Sequence record: SRR31156797_636
Length of the DNA: 64,000 bases
Strand: one strand, 5' to 3'
Program-made: the position numbers and the translations under genes
Notes under the pieces: generated by a model
Databases searched by the model: none
Seen by the model: only the letters and a program-made list of their open reading frames with translations
What the model was told of the DNA's origin: nothing
In this document: in pieces, positions 19,415-29,265 of the stretch
Position numbering within the stretch: the stretch's first letter is position 1
How the letters are laid out: each line of letters starts with the position of its first letter

Positions 19415-20824
19415 ATGACCAGAACAGAATCATCTCAGCAGATCAAACACCTGTGCGTCCTCGCGGCTGTGATTCTCATGGCGCACATCACGGACATCGG
19501 CGGCCTCGGCATTGTGGCTGTACTAATGTACATTCCCTACGCTCTTTCCCGTCCGGCCTTTGCCATAGCCATGACGCTGCTGGCCCTATCCGTCATGCCT
19601 CCAGTTCCACGATCCATCGGATGGAAAGAAATTATCTTCTGCCTGACGTTTGCCACGGCCATGGGGCGTTGGCTCGTCCTGTTCTGCAAAGATTCACGTA
19701 TTCCGGCCACTCCGGTAACGGTCCCTGCCCTTGCTTTTCTAGGGCTCGCCATTGCCTCAATCCTGCCCGCAGCCTTGGCCGGGACGCCCATACTCCTCTG
19801 GGTCCGCGGCATCGCGCCCTTCCTGGCCTTCACCATATTCCTTCCGGCCCTAAGCGATCTCAAAACACAAGAAGCTCGGCGAGTTATTGTGACCGCCCTG
19901 TTCCTGTCGGGCGGAATGTTCGCCATACAAATCCTGATGGTCATACCTCAGGCATGGATGTCGGCAGCCACGACTCACCACTGGATCGCCCTGAGGGCCA
20001 AACTTCCAGCCAACGCCTTCCAACCCGCAATTCTCGCCGCCTGCTCCTTTTGCGTGGGCCAACTTGCACTGCCGCCATCGCAAATCAACCAGCGATACAT
20101 ATTGTGGTTCATTTTCCTGACCACCGCCATCTCGTTGACATTTCTGCGCAGCATGATCCTCATCCTGGCGATTCTGGGTTTCATGGCCGTCATGGTCAAT
20201 TTTTACATGAATCCCAAACTCCTCCAGCGAGTTCTCGGTAAATGGATCAAACTCGCGATCGTACTCGCTGTCTGTTTCGTGGCTTCCCTCTTCATACCGG
20301 CAGTGCTCAACTTCTATCTTCTCATTTTCAAAACATTTGTCATGCGCTTTGGCTCCGGAGAATACAGTTTCTTCGAGTCCGGGAGATATCTCGAATGGGT
20401 CGCCATTCTGAACCTTGCCGACGCCACGGATCTGTGGAGATTGGGGACAGGCTGGGGATTGGGAAAAAAGATAACCTTCCTCCATATCTATCTCGGAAAA
20501 GAACTGACCTACGGTTACACCCACTGCATCCTGTCGTACATCCTGCTGACAACGGGCATCATCGGCTATGCCTTCTTCGGCACTCTGGTCATTTCGACGA
20601 CAGCCCTCATGAAACGAGCAGCATTTGCGATTCCCAAAGATGAGCTCCCGAGATTCTACGGTTTCTCGGCAGCGTTAATTTCCATAATGATGTACGCCAT
20701 GCTGCAATCCGTCTTTCGACATTTCGGTTTCAATGTACTCGCCGCCGTCCTGCTCGCCTCAATAGCGCAAATGTACACTACGACTTTCCACAGCCTCACA
20801 AAGGATTCATCATGTGCGGAATAG
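19415..20824 (+). CDS. Wzy polymerase / O-antigen ligase family membrane protein
   Basis: About 11-12 TM; LTFLRS, periplasmic loop with R..EW..GTGWG and THC motif; lies between flippase and amidotransferase. Confidence 0.7.
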   Translation: MTRTESSQQIKHLCVLAAVILMAHITDIGGLGIVAVLMYIPYALSRPAFAIAMTLLALSVMPPVPRSIGWKEIIFCLTFATAMGRWLVLFCKDSRIPATPVTVPALAFLGLAIASILPAALAGTPILLWVRGIAPFLAFTIFLPALSDLKTQEARRVIVTALFLSGGMFAIQILMVIPQAWMSAATTHHWIALRAKLPANAFQPAILAACSFCVGQLALPPSQINQRYILWFIFLTTAISLTFLRSMILILAILGFMAVMVNFYMNPKLLQRVLGKWIKLAIVLAVCFVASLFIPAVLNFYLLIFKTFVMRFGSGEYSFFESGRYLEWVAILNLADATDLWRLGTGWGLGKKITFLHIYLGKELTYGYTHCILSYILLTTGIIGYAFFGTLVISTTALMKRAAFAIPKDELPRFYGFSAALISIMMYAMLQSVFRHFGFNVLAAVLLASIAQMYTTTFHSLTKDSSCAE

Positions 20825-22728
20825 CCGGTATTCTCCGCTTTGCCGGAAACAATGACGACATGCAACTGATACGGGCGATGACTAATGTCATCAGCCATCG
20901 CGGTCCCGATGATCACGGCTTCCTGACCGCGACGCCGAAAGAAACAGCAATACCCGATGGCAAATGGGCTCAAGCCAAATCTCCGCTTCCCGTCCACTTC
21001 GGCCACCGCAGACTGTCCATTCTCGATCTCTCCGCTGCCGGACGTCAGCCAATGGCATCTGCCGACGGCACTGTCTGGATCACCTATAACGGCGAAGCCT
21101 ACAATTATCTCGAACTCAGGCAGGAACTGAAGGAACTGGGACACGCCTTCCGCACAGGGACCGACACCGAAGTGCTGCTTGCGGCCTATCAGGAGTGGGG
21201 AACCGAGTTCATAAGCCGCGTCAACGGAATGTTCGCGTTCGCCCTTCTGGATCTCCGAAAAAAACGCTTTTTCATGTTCAGAGACCGCTTCGGCATCAAG
21301 CCACTGTTCTACCACCAGAACGGTTCACGACTTCTGTTCGGTTCGGAAATCAAGTGCCTCCTTGAAAGTCCGGACGTGACGCGAACCGTGAATCGGCAGG
21401 CAGTTCGGTCATACCTGTGCAGCCAGATACTGGACCACGGTCCAGAAACCTTTTTTGAAGGCATCAGAAGCCTGTCTCCCGGTCACTACATTTCCTGCGA
21501 CCTGTCCGGCGGGCAGCCCAAGGTCCATCGCTATTATAACGTACTCGAACGGGCTGCGGCACTGCCACCCATAAGCTCCCCCATCGAAACGTTCCGCGAA
21601 ACATTCGAACGTTCCGTTAGTTACCGACTGCGTAGCGACGTCAGGGTCGGGGCATGCCTGTCGGGCGGCTTGGATTCATCATCCATCGTCTGCACCATGG
21701 ACAAACTCCTCAAGGAGGGCGTGTCCGAAAGCGCATCTATCGGAAAATCCCTTGTGACCTTCACTTCCTGCCATGATGACCCAAAATTCGATGAAAGAGA
21801 ATTCGTCAAAGCCGTCACAGATGAAACCGGTGCTAACGCAATTCACGTCTTTTCGGCTCCGGATGAACTTGTAGAACACCTTGCAGCCCTAGTTTGGCAT
21901 CAAGACGAGCCGTTCAGCTCCCCGGCCATTTACGCGCAATACTGCCTCATGGAAGCGGCACAGCGAGAAAACGTCGTGGTCCTGCTCGATGGACAAGGGG
22001 GCGACGAACTTCTGTGCGGCTATCGCAAATTCTTCTTTTTCTATTTGAAACAGTTGTTACGACAGAAAAAGCCTCTAGTGTGCGCCAAGGAGCTGCTTGG
22101 TGCCCTATTGCACGGAGACGAGGATCTGTTCGACATGCGAGCGGCCAAAAGGTATATGCCGGGCAAGCTGGCCAACTACAATCCCATGAATTCCATACTA
22201 ACAAACCGCTTCCTTTCGGAAAGCAGTACCCCTCCAATAGGAAGGGGATCCGGTTTGGTGGAGCGGCAGGTCGCCGACATAGAACATTTCAGCATCCCGC
22301 CCCTGCTTCGCTACGAAGACAGAAATTCCATGGCGTTTGGCATCGAAACACGACTTCCCTTCCTCGATTACAACGTTACGGAACTGTCCCTCGCCCTACC
22401 CGTGGAAACAAAAATAAAAAAAGGAATCGCAAAACACATTCTACGAGACGCCATGCGAGGCACGGTTCCCGATACTGTTCTGGACAGAAGAAGCAAAATG
22501 GGTTTCGAGATGCCCGAAGATGCCTGGCTCCGCGGACCTCTCGCACCTCTGGTGGAACATTCACTCACTAAACGGCACTCCATACTCGACGGGATAGTGG
22601 ACACAGCTCAGGCTTTGAACATGTTCAGGGCCTTCAGGCAGGGACAACCCACCCCAATTCGATCCCGTGACTTCTTCCGACTTCTTTGCCTCGACATGTG
22701 GGCACAAATCCACAACCTGGAGATCTAA
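20812..22728 (+). CDS. asnB: AsnB-like amidotransferase (WbpS/WbqG-type glycan amidation)
   Basis: MCGIAG, HRGPDD, GHRRLSILDLS, YNGEAYN, LSGGLDSS, LDGQGGDELLCGY, LLRYEDRNSMAFGIETRLPFLD. Confidence 0.92.
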   Translation: MCGIAGILRFAGNNDDMQLIRAMTNVISHRGPDDHGFLTATPKETAIPDGKWAQAKSPLPVHFGHRRLSILDLSAAGRQPMASADGTVWITYNGEAYNYLELRQELKELGHAFRTGTDTEVLLAAYQEWGTEFISRVNGMFAFALLDLRKKRFFMFRDRFGIKPLFYHQNGSRLLFGSEIKCLLESPDVTRTVNRQAVRSYLCSQILDHGPETFFEGIRSLSPGHYISCDLSGGQPKVHRYYNVLERAAALPPISSPIETFRETFERSVSYRLRSDVRVGACLSGGLDSSSIVCTMDKLLKEGVSESASIGKSLVTFTSCHDDPKFDEREFVKAVTDETGANAIHVFSAPDELVEHLAALVWHQDEPFSSPAIYAQYCLMEAAQRENVVVLLDGQGGDELLCGYRKFFFFYLKQLLRQKKPLVCAKELLGALLHGDEDLFDMRAAKRYMPGKLANYNPMNSILTNRFLSESSTPPIGRGSGLVERQVADIEHFSIPPLLRYEDRNSMAFGIETRLPFLDYNVTELSLALPVETKIKKGIAKHILRDAMRGTVPDTVLDRRSKMGFEMPEDAWLRGPLAPLVEHSLTKRHSILDGIVDTAQALNMFRAFRQGQPTPIRSRDFFRLLCLDMWAQIHNLEI

Positions 22729-22730
22729 TC

Positions 22731-23372
22731 ATGACCAACTCTCCCATCTGCATCGTCGGCGCAGGCGCACAGGCGAAATACAGCCTCGACACCATCTCAC
22801 TGCTCGGCCTTAAGGCCGCATGCGTCATCCGCTTCGGGACCGAAGACACAAGATTCGTTCCCGACAACGTTCCCGTCTACGATGGCGGCAGGGACGCCCT
22901 TGACGGGGAAAACCTCGAAAATTGTGCGTTCATCATGGCTCGCCCCAACAATAAAGAAAAGCAGGAATTGATAGTTTGGGCGAGGGAACAAAACCGCAAA
23001 CTGGTGACTCTCGTTCACCCCAAGGCCATTATCTCCCATAGTGCCAAGATCGGACAGGGGTGCCTGATCAATGCGGGCGCGATTATCCAGCCACATGCGA
23101 CCATAGGTGACGGTGTCATGATCCATGCCAACGTCGTTGTCGAACACGATGCTGTTGTTGAAGAATGCGCCAACCTGGCACCCTCCGCGACACTGGCCGG
23201 GTGGGTCAAAATCGGCACACGCGCAACGGTGTATACCGGCGCACGCTGCATCCCCGGTGTGCAAGTGGGAGCGGACGTCATTGTCGCGGCCGGAGCCACG
23301 GTCATCAACGATATACCGGATAAAAGCCTCGCCGCAGGAACCCCCGCGGTCGTCAAAAAAAGTCTGAATTAA
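22731..23372 (+). CDS. PglD/NeuD-like sugar acetyltransferase (hexapeptide repeats)
   Basis: IVGAGAQA, TLVHPKA, IGQGCLI, VVEHD, VAAGATV, GTPA. Start placed at MTNSP. Confidence 0.88.
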   Translation: MTNSPICIVGAGAQAKYSLDTISLLGLKAACVIRFGTEDTRFVPDNVPVYDGGRDALDGENLENCAFIMARPNNKEKQELIVWAREQNRKLVTLVHPKAIISHSAKIGQGCLINAGAIIQPHATIGDGVMIHANVVVEHDAVVEECANLAPSATLAGWVKIGTRATVYTGARCIPGVQVGADVIVAAGATVINDIPDKSLAAGTPAVVKKSLN

Positions 23373-23410
23373 TCAGAATCCGACAGGATCGGCGGCACGC
23401 GGAGCGGATA

Positions 23411-25060
23411 TCAGTCCCAAGAAAACGACGTGAAATACTCTTCCACCTGATATTTTTCTTTCAGGGAGGCATATCCGTGGTCAAGGATGTAATTCCCGAC
23501 ACCAAGAATCGCCACCAAAAGACAGGCTATGCCGCATATTCTTGCGACCTTCCACAGTCGAGCTCCCACGGCCTCCCGATCAAAGGTCATGGCATATCCG
23601 ACGGCCAGCATGGCCAGCAACAACACTATGGCGATATACTGCATGCTCTGGAACAGCCCGTAGATGTGAAAAGTGACGATTGAGAGAGCTGCGCTCAAGC
23701 TCAGGATTTCACCGTTGTTCAAAGCATCCCGCACCAACACTGCCACAGTCAGGGCCATAACTATCAACCAAATGCTCAATCCGGCCACTCCCTGTCCCAC
23801 AAAGAATTGGACATAAATATTATGTGCCGTATCCCGTAAGACAAACGGTTTAAACGACTTGGACAAATCCGACTGCTGAAGCTCGAACATCTTCTTCGTA
23901 TGCTCACGGAACGTTTCGTAGCCAAGTCCGAATACCGGCGCTTCGGCCCCCATGGTCATACCGGCCTTCCAGACGGTCGGTCGCTCGGTCTTACCGAACC
24001 CTTCAATCCGTTTTTCAATATAATTCACGCTGTTCTCGACACGCTTCGACGGCACTACGCTCTTCATACCATACACAAGGCAAACGCTCAGGGCGATGGT
24101 CAGAGGGAATGAAATGCAGACAAGCAACAACTTCCTTTTGGAAAAATGGAATTGTCGTTCAGTAGAATTATAGGAATAGAAGATAAGCCAGCAGCAAAAG
24201 AGAATGATCGGATACGCTACCCATGAGGCCCTTGAGAGCGTGAAGATAAGAGCAAACTCTGCTCCGACAAGAATCCCGAAAATCAGCCACTTCTTCCATC
24301 GAACAGGCGTTTGCATCCGTTCAATGAGATACGGCAGGGCAACGATGACGAACTGTGCAAACCATCCCGGATTCAGGAAGATGGAAGAAAAACGACCAGC
24401 AGCTTGCTTGCTTTCATTGAAGAAAAGACTCTGAACGATCTCGCCAATGGAAAAAAGCACACAGAGGATAAGCCCCATGACCACACCCCTGAACAAGGCC
24501 TTATAGCAATCTCTCGGCGATTCGGTGCGGGCTATTAACCAAATAAATACAAAAAATAGAACTAGCCGGTTGCACGCGGCCATAGAATATTGGATCGCAA
24601 AATCGATGGAGTTTCGATATATCGTCTGAAAAAAACGAAAATCACCGCTAATATGCCATTGGTCGGCTATACTCTCGAAGGGAAAAAGCAAAAGAGACGA
24701 GCACGCCAGCAAAATGTAGGCGACCAACGAATACTTGATGGGATTGAGCACCTGCGTCTTGTTGTCTTTCAACTGATGAGCCAACAACAGGAACAGGCAA
24801 AACCCATTGAGCCCCCACTCGAAAACTTGATTCCTGACACTCCAGCTGTGCTCCCCGGCCACGATCATCGACAATCCCAAAAGTGTGAAAAGAATTTTCA
24901 GGGGCAATTGCTTTCTCGCCCAAAAACAGGCTGCGCCGGCAATTAACACCAAACCGGCCAAAGCGGGCAGCACTGGAGCACTCATCAACGCGTATGCCCG
25001 GGTGACATGGGAAAAAACAAAATACGTCAGAGGAATTACGAAAGTAATGATGGTCTTCAT
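23411..25060 (-). CDS. O-antigen ligase (WaaL/Wzy_C) family membrane protein
   Basis: RFSSIFLNPGWFA, FTLSRASW, R..VW....M....PVFGLG, AHNIYVQFFVGQG. Confidence 0.85.
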   Translation of the reverse strand: MKTIITFVIPLTYFVFSHVTRAYALMSAPVLPALAGLVLIAGAACFWARKQLPLKILFTLLGLSMIVAGEHSWSVRNQVFEWGLNGFCLFLLLAHQLKDNKTQVLNPIKYSLVAYILLACSSLLLFPFESIADQWHISGDFRFFQTIYRNSIDFAIQYSMAACNRLVLFFVFIWLIARTESPRDCYKALFRGVVMGLILCVLFSIGEIVQSLFFNESKQAAGRFSSIFLNPGWFAQFVIVALPYLIERMQTPVRWKKWLIFGILVGAEFALIFTLSRASWVAYPIILFCCWLIFYSYNSTERQFHFSKRKLLLVCISFPLTIALSVCLVYGMKSVVPSKRVENSVNYIEKRIEGFGKTERPTVWKAGMTMGAEAPVFGLGYETFREHTKKMFELQQSDLSKSFKPFVLRDTAHNIYVQFFVGQGVAGLSIWLIVMALTVAVLVRDALNNGEILSLSAALSIVTFHIYGLFQSMQYIAIVLLLAMLAVGYAMTFDREAVGARLWKVARICGIACLLVAILGVGNYILDHGYASLKEKYQVEEYFTSFSWD

Positions 25061-25095
25061 TCATACTCCCCTAATTCTCAACATGGTTACTGGAC

Positions 25096-25129
25096 AAAAA
25101 AGAAAACGGCCCCCGACACAATGGGAACG
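25096..25129 (-). terminator. Weak possible intrinsic terminator/attenuator between priming transferase and ligase
   Basis: Minus strand GTTCCC-attgtgtc-GGGGGC (two G-U pairs) followed by CGTTTTCTTTTTT. Confidence 0.3.
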
Positions 25130-25191
25130 ACACACCTTCAGGTTCAATTTCGAAAATGGGCAATCAGTCATGACGTCGGCAGGGACGGAGA

Positions 25192-26616
25192 TCAGTTTTC
25201 CCGGCCCTTGCGCACCACACACGTCAATTCAGGCTCCAGCTTATTCAGGGTCAACAGCATTTTTGCAGTGGTCAAAACAATTTTCATATCCAAAAAGATG
25301 CTGAAATGTTTTGCGTAATACAAAGTGTACATTACCTTTTCAAAAACAGTGTTCACGCCAGTGTCTCTTCCGAGATGCAACTGCGCCCAGCCGGAGATTC
25401 CCGGCAGCAAGGGGTAACAGAGAGCGTAGTGCGGAATGTTGGTCGCATGGCGTTGCGAAACGATGGGCCGCGCCGGACGCGGACCAATAAAACTCATCTG
25501 CCCCATGAGGATGTTGAAAAGCTGCGGTAATTCGTCAAGACCGGTCTTTCGCAAGACTTTGCCAAGCGGCGTGATGAGGTCTTCGGCTACATTGGGCCAC
25601 TGCAGGGAATCATCGTCGTGCAGACGCATTGTCCGAAGCTTGATCATCTTGAAAGGCTTTCGGTCCTTGCCGACCCGCTCTTGCACAAAAAACGCCGGTC
25701 CTTTTGACTCCTTACGAACAGCAATGGCCAACAGGGCTAACACGGGCAGGGTCGGAACAAGCAGAAGAAGAGCGAAAAACGTGTCAAAAAGCCGTTTACA
25801 GATGAACCGCCACTTGGCGGGCGGAACAAAAGCACTCTGAGTTACCCAATGCCCATCCTGCCTAAAGAGCGGTATTTTTTCGAGAACGCCCTCATAAAAG
25901 GAACCGATATCCGTCGTGGACAGTCCGTTCGAGTAACACTCCTGAATGAAGCGATTAAACTTCTCCTCGTCAGGAAGCACCTGCCCCATGATCAGGACGG
26001 GAACAAAGGAATTGTCTTCACAAAAAGTGATGAAATTTGCCAGTTCATCATTGGTCAGTTTCATGATCCCCTGTGTCATCGGGGATTCTGTCTCCATGAA
26101 GGCCGAGGCCATGGACCAATAACTCGGCAACTTTTCACAGAACTCAGCTAAGCCTGACTCCCAGTATGGTTCAAGAGCGACAAATACCGCCAGCATCTGT
26201 TTCTTCTGGCGAAAAAACCGCCATTCGACAATCCTGACAGTGGCCAGAAAGACAAAGAGCACACCGCCGATAATAAACGGCAAGGTGTAACCGGGACGCC
26301 ATGTCTTAAAAAGAAAATAGACAGCACTCATAGCCAGGCTGGAAACCAAAATACTGTTGAACAAAGCAAAGATGTCTCTGGTCAGAGATGACTGAGGGCG
26401 GTTGAGCCTCAGATAAAAGGCTGAGAAAAACCATAGAAAAAACAGAAGAATCGTAACAAATATTGAAACTTGTTTCCAGTACAAGGTGTTGTGCAGGACG
26501 AATCGACCGACCAGCCCCAACTGCATCGTGACAAGACACACCACTGCCACAAGAATGACGACATCCAAAAAACACCAGTGGGTTCTCCGGAAAAAACCTA
26601 TACTGCTACGTTCCAT
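25192..26616 (-). CDS. Polyprenyl-phosphate sugar-1-phosphate transferase (priming GT, WcaJ/WbaP family)
   Basis: N-terminal TMs; C-terminal [48 protein letters not shown]. Confidence 0.9.
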   Translation of the reverse strand: MERSSIGFFRRTHWCFLDVVILVAVVCLVTMQLGLVGRFVLHNTLYWKQVSIFVTILLFFLWFFSAFYLRLNRPQSSLTRDIFALFNSILVSSLAMSAVYFLFKTWRPGYTLPFIIGGVLFVFLATVRIVEWRFFRQKKQMLAVFVALEPYWESGLAEFCEKLPSYWSMASAFMETESPMTQGIMKLTNDELANFITFCEDNSFVPVLIMGQVLPDEEKFNRFIQECYSNGLSTTDIGSFYEGVLEKIPLFRQDGHWVTQSAFVPPAKWRFICKRLFDTFFALLLLVPTLPVLALLAIAVRKESKGPAFFVQERVGKDRKPFKMIKLRTMRLHDDDSLQWPNVAEDLITPLGKVLRKTGLDELPQLFNILMGQMSFIGPRPARPIVSQRHATNIPHYALCYPLLPGISGWAQLHLGRDTGVNTVFEKVMYTLYYAKHFSIFLDMKIVLTTAKMLLTLNKLEPELTCVVRKGREN

Positions 26617-26702
26617 CCCGTATCCACGCTCTGTTCAAACAATCCTGTTCCAAGACTAGTCACGAACAAAGGGAGGAAACCCAATGCCCATTCAATCGAT
26701 TG

Positions 26703-26735
26703 AAACCGTCCACAGTATCAGACTATGGACGGTTT
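26703..26735 (-). terminator. Stem-loop, probable intrinsic terminator after the DegT-family gene
   Basis: Minus strand AAACCGTCCATAGT-ctgat-ACTGTGGACGGTTT: 14-bp stem with one G-U pair, 33 nt after the stop codon. Confidence 0.7.
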
Positions 26736-26768
26736 TCTTCCTCATTTCAATCCCCGAATACCTCAGAA

Positions 26769-27878
26769 TTAAAACGCTTTCAGAACATCCACGACCCGCT
26801 CCCTGTCTTCCTCGGGAAGTGCAGGGTGGTTTGGCAGGCCGATGACCTGACCAACAATCTTTTCAGCGTTGGGCAGGCAGACATCGGAGTAGTCAAGGCC
26901 AAGCGTTTTCAATACAGGCTGCTTGTACAGCGGTTTGACGTAACGATGCCTGTAACCGATTTCGTTGGCATCCAGATGAGCCTTGAGCTCTTCAATGGTA
27001 CGACCAGACTCCGGCTTGACCATGAGCGGACACCAAAAATAGGTGTGAACCACGTCACCCTCGGCAACGGGGACATTGGCCCAAGGGAGCTTCCTAGCTT
27101 CATCCAGAATGTATTCGGAGTTGGCAATACGTCGTGCGTTGAGGTCGTCCAGCTTAGTCAGCTGAACCAACCCCATGGCAGCGCCGATCTCGTTGAGACG
27201 GTTGTTGTAAGCCAGTCGAACATGTGTGTCGCGATCGGTCATACCGTGGCTTCTCAACATCTTGCAAACCTTGGCGATCTCTTCATCATTGGTAGTGATG
27301 ATACCGCCTTCGCCAGTCGTCATATGCTTGGTGGCAAAGAAAGAGAACGCACCAGCGTGACCGATGGATCCGACGACCTTACCTTTGTACATGGTTCCGT
27401 GGGCCTGAGCGCAGTCTTCGATGACTATCAGGCCCTTCTCCTTGGCCAACGCCATGATGGGATCCATCTTAGTGGCAGCCCCGGCAAAATGCACGGGGAT
27501 AATGGCCTTGGTCTTGTCCGTGACAACCTTGCGGCAACTCTCTGCGGAAAGGCACAAATTGTCTTCGTCGATATCGGCAAAAACGGGCACGGCACCAAGA
27601 TAAAGCACGGCGGAAACAGTTGCGAAGAAGGTCAGAGGGGGAACGATGACCTCATCGCCCTTGCCGACCCCAAAAGCTTCAAGTGCGATATGAATGGCTG
27701 AGGTTCCCGTAGATACACCGACCCCATAGGAAGTGCCGACATATTTGGAGAATGCCTCTTCAAATGCTTCGACCCGAGGACCAGACGCATACCGACCGGA
27801 TCTAAGAGCTTCCACAACAGCCTGAATTTCTTCCTCGCCGACTTGCGGCGTGGCGACTTTAATGAATTTATCAGACAT
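26769..27878 (-). CDS. DegT/DnrJ/EryC1/StrS family NDP-sugar aminotransferase
   Basis: GPRVEAFE, STGTSAIH, GDEVIVPPLTF, IPVHFAG, IEDCAQAHG, FSFFATKHMTTGEGG. Confidence 0.93.
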   Translation of the reverse strand: MSDKFIKVATPQVGEEEIQAVVEALRSGRYASGPRVEAFEEAFSKYVGTSYGVGVSTGTSAIHIALEAFGVGKGDEVIVPPLTFFATVSAVLYLGAVPVFADIDEDNLCLSAESCRKVVTDKTKAIIPVHFAGAATKMDPIMALAKEKGLIVIEDCAQAHGTMYKGKVVGSIGHAGAFSFFATKHMTTGEGGIITTNDEEIAKVCKMLRSHGMTDRDTHVRLAYNNRLNEIGAAMGLVQLTKLDDLNARRIANSEYILDEARKLPWANVPVAEGDVVHTYFWCPLMVKPESGRTIEELKAHLDANEIGYRHRYVKPLYKQPVLKTLGLDYSDVCLPNAEKIVGQVIGLPNHPALPEEDRERVVDVLKAF

Positions 27879-27904
27879 GATTATTTTCGTTCCGTCCTTA
27901 ATGG

Positions 27905-28900
27905 CTATACGTAGTCGAACTTGTTATTGCGATACTTGAAGGATTCCCAATCCCAATCATTTTCTTCTAGTTTTTCGAGCATCTGCTTGATGCCGTCCTC
28001 AACGGTGTATTGAGCCTTCCAGCCGAGGATATTCTTGATACGCTGACAGTTAATCTTGTAGTCGCGCTTGTCGGTGGGTTCGCCTTCAAGGAACTCGACT
28101 TCAGTTTCGGGCATGTATCCCTTCACGATCATAGCGATATCGCGGACGGTGCGGTTATTCGCTTCTTCGCCCAAGTGATAAATCTTACGGTCACGAAGGA
28201 AGCGAGGGGTGTCCAGGGTGTGGACGACGGCCTTAGCGACGTCGTGAACGTGGATCAAGGAACGATACTGCATACCATCGCCAAAAATTGTAATCTTGCC
28301 TTCCTTCCAGGCGCGATAGGCAAACAGGTTGGTCACAAGATCAAGACGTGGGCGCGGAGACCAACCAAAAACGGTGGTCAGGCGCAGAATGGTCGGATGA
28401 AAATGAGGGAACCGTGCAGCATAATCGTTGATGATATTTTCGGCCTGCAGCTTAGCATCGGCATACAGAGACAGGGGACTGGTCGGAGTCATCTCGGTGA
28501 CTTCGTCGTACAGACCCTTGACATTACCGTAGACGGAGCAAGAAGACAGGAAAATAAAATCCTTGACCATGCCGATGTTGGGATCGGTCATGCAGTCAAG
28601 CAGCGTCTTGGTGGACTCGATATTGATAGTGAAATGAGCCTTGTAATTATTCTTACAGGCAGGCTCCCCAACAATACCTGCAAGATGAACAACGGCGTCC
28701 ACCCCTTCCAGTGCGTAAACCAGATCTTTGGAGCTACGCACATCGCCTTCGATCATTTCGATCTTGTCCTTGTTCTCATCAAGTCCTTCTCCGCCCCAGT
28801 TCAGGGTGTCGAAAACGACAGGCTCATGACCAGCTTTGAGCAACTCTTCCACAGCGAGACAACCGATATAACCAGCCCCACCTGTAACTAAAACTCGCAA
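27905..28900 (-). CDS. NAD-dependent NDP-sugar epimerase/dehydratase (extended SDR), TTG start
   Basis: VTGGAGYIG, HLAGIVG, SSCSVYG, YADAK; AAGGAGG RBS upstream of the TTG. Confidence 0.9.
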   Translation of the reverse strand: MRVLVTGGAGYIGCLAVEELLKAGHEPVVFDTLNWGGEGLDENKDKIEMIEGDVRSSKDLVYALEGVDAVVHLAGIVGEPACKNNYKAHFTINIESTKTLLDCMTDPNIGMVKDFIFLSSCSVYGNVKGLYDEVTEMTPTSPLSLYADAKLQAENIINDYAARFPHFHPTILRLTTVFGWSPRPRLDLVTNLFAYRAWKEGKITIFGDGMQYRSLIHVHDVAKAVVHTLDTPRFLRDRKIYHLGEEANNRTVRDIAMIVKGYMPETEVEFLEGEPTDKRDYKINCQRIKNILGWKAQYTVEDGIKQMLEKLEENDWDWESFKYRNNKFDYV

Positions 28901-29265
28901 AATATTTGCCTCCTTCTATCGAACGTTCTTGAATCGCAAGAGCAATTATGTAAAAAATAAGGTTCAATGAAACCGAACGGAATCTATCTAGCTCACGCGG
29001 CCCTTGTTCATACGCCAAATCAACAAGAATGGAAAGCACGTTAAAAAACAAATAATACTGCCTTCCAACACCTGTTTTCACGCATAGAACATCGCCATAT
29101 CGCACTTATAACTTTAAGAATTGCACCTCAACAGGACCATGCTACTTCTTCCTTTCACACTCTTTGAAATGCCGAAAAATCCCATCACTTATTGGCAGTA
29201 ATGAAACACGACAATCGCTTAATCGATTAAAAGCACTCCACACAACCATTAAGCACACAACCACA

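Noticed and set aside
5467-22728. The two asnB genes as housekeeping asparagine synthetases
   Set aside because: Both are translationally coupled to glycan genes, so glycan-amidating paralogues are more likely.
26700-27701. 333-aa + strand ORF (also 28010-28891 +, 17045-17941 -, 4546-5400 +, 19453-20241 +)
   Set aside because: Antisense or alternate-frame shadows of well-supported genes, with no recognisable motifs.
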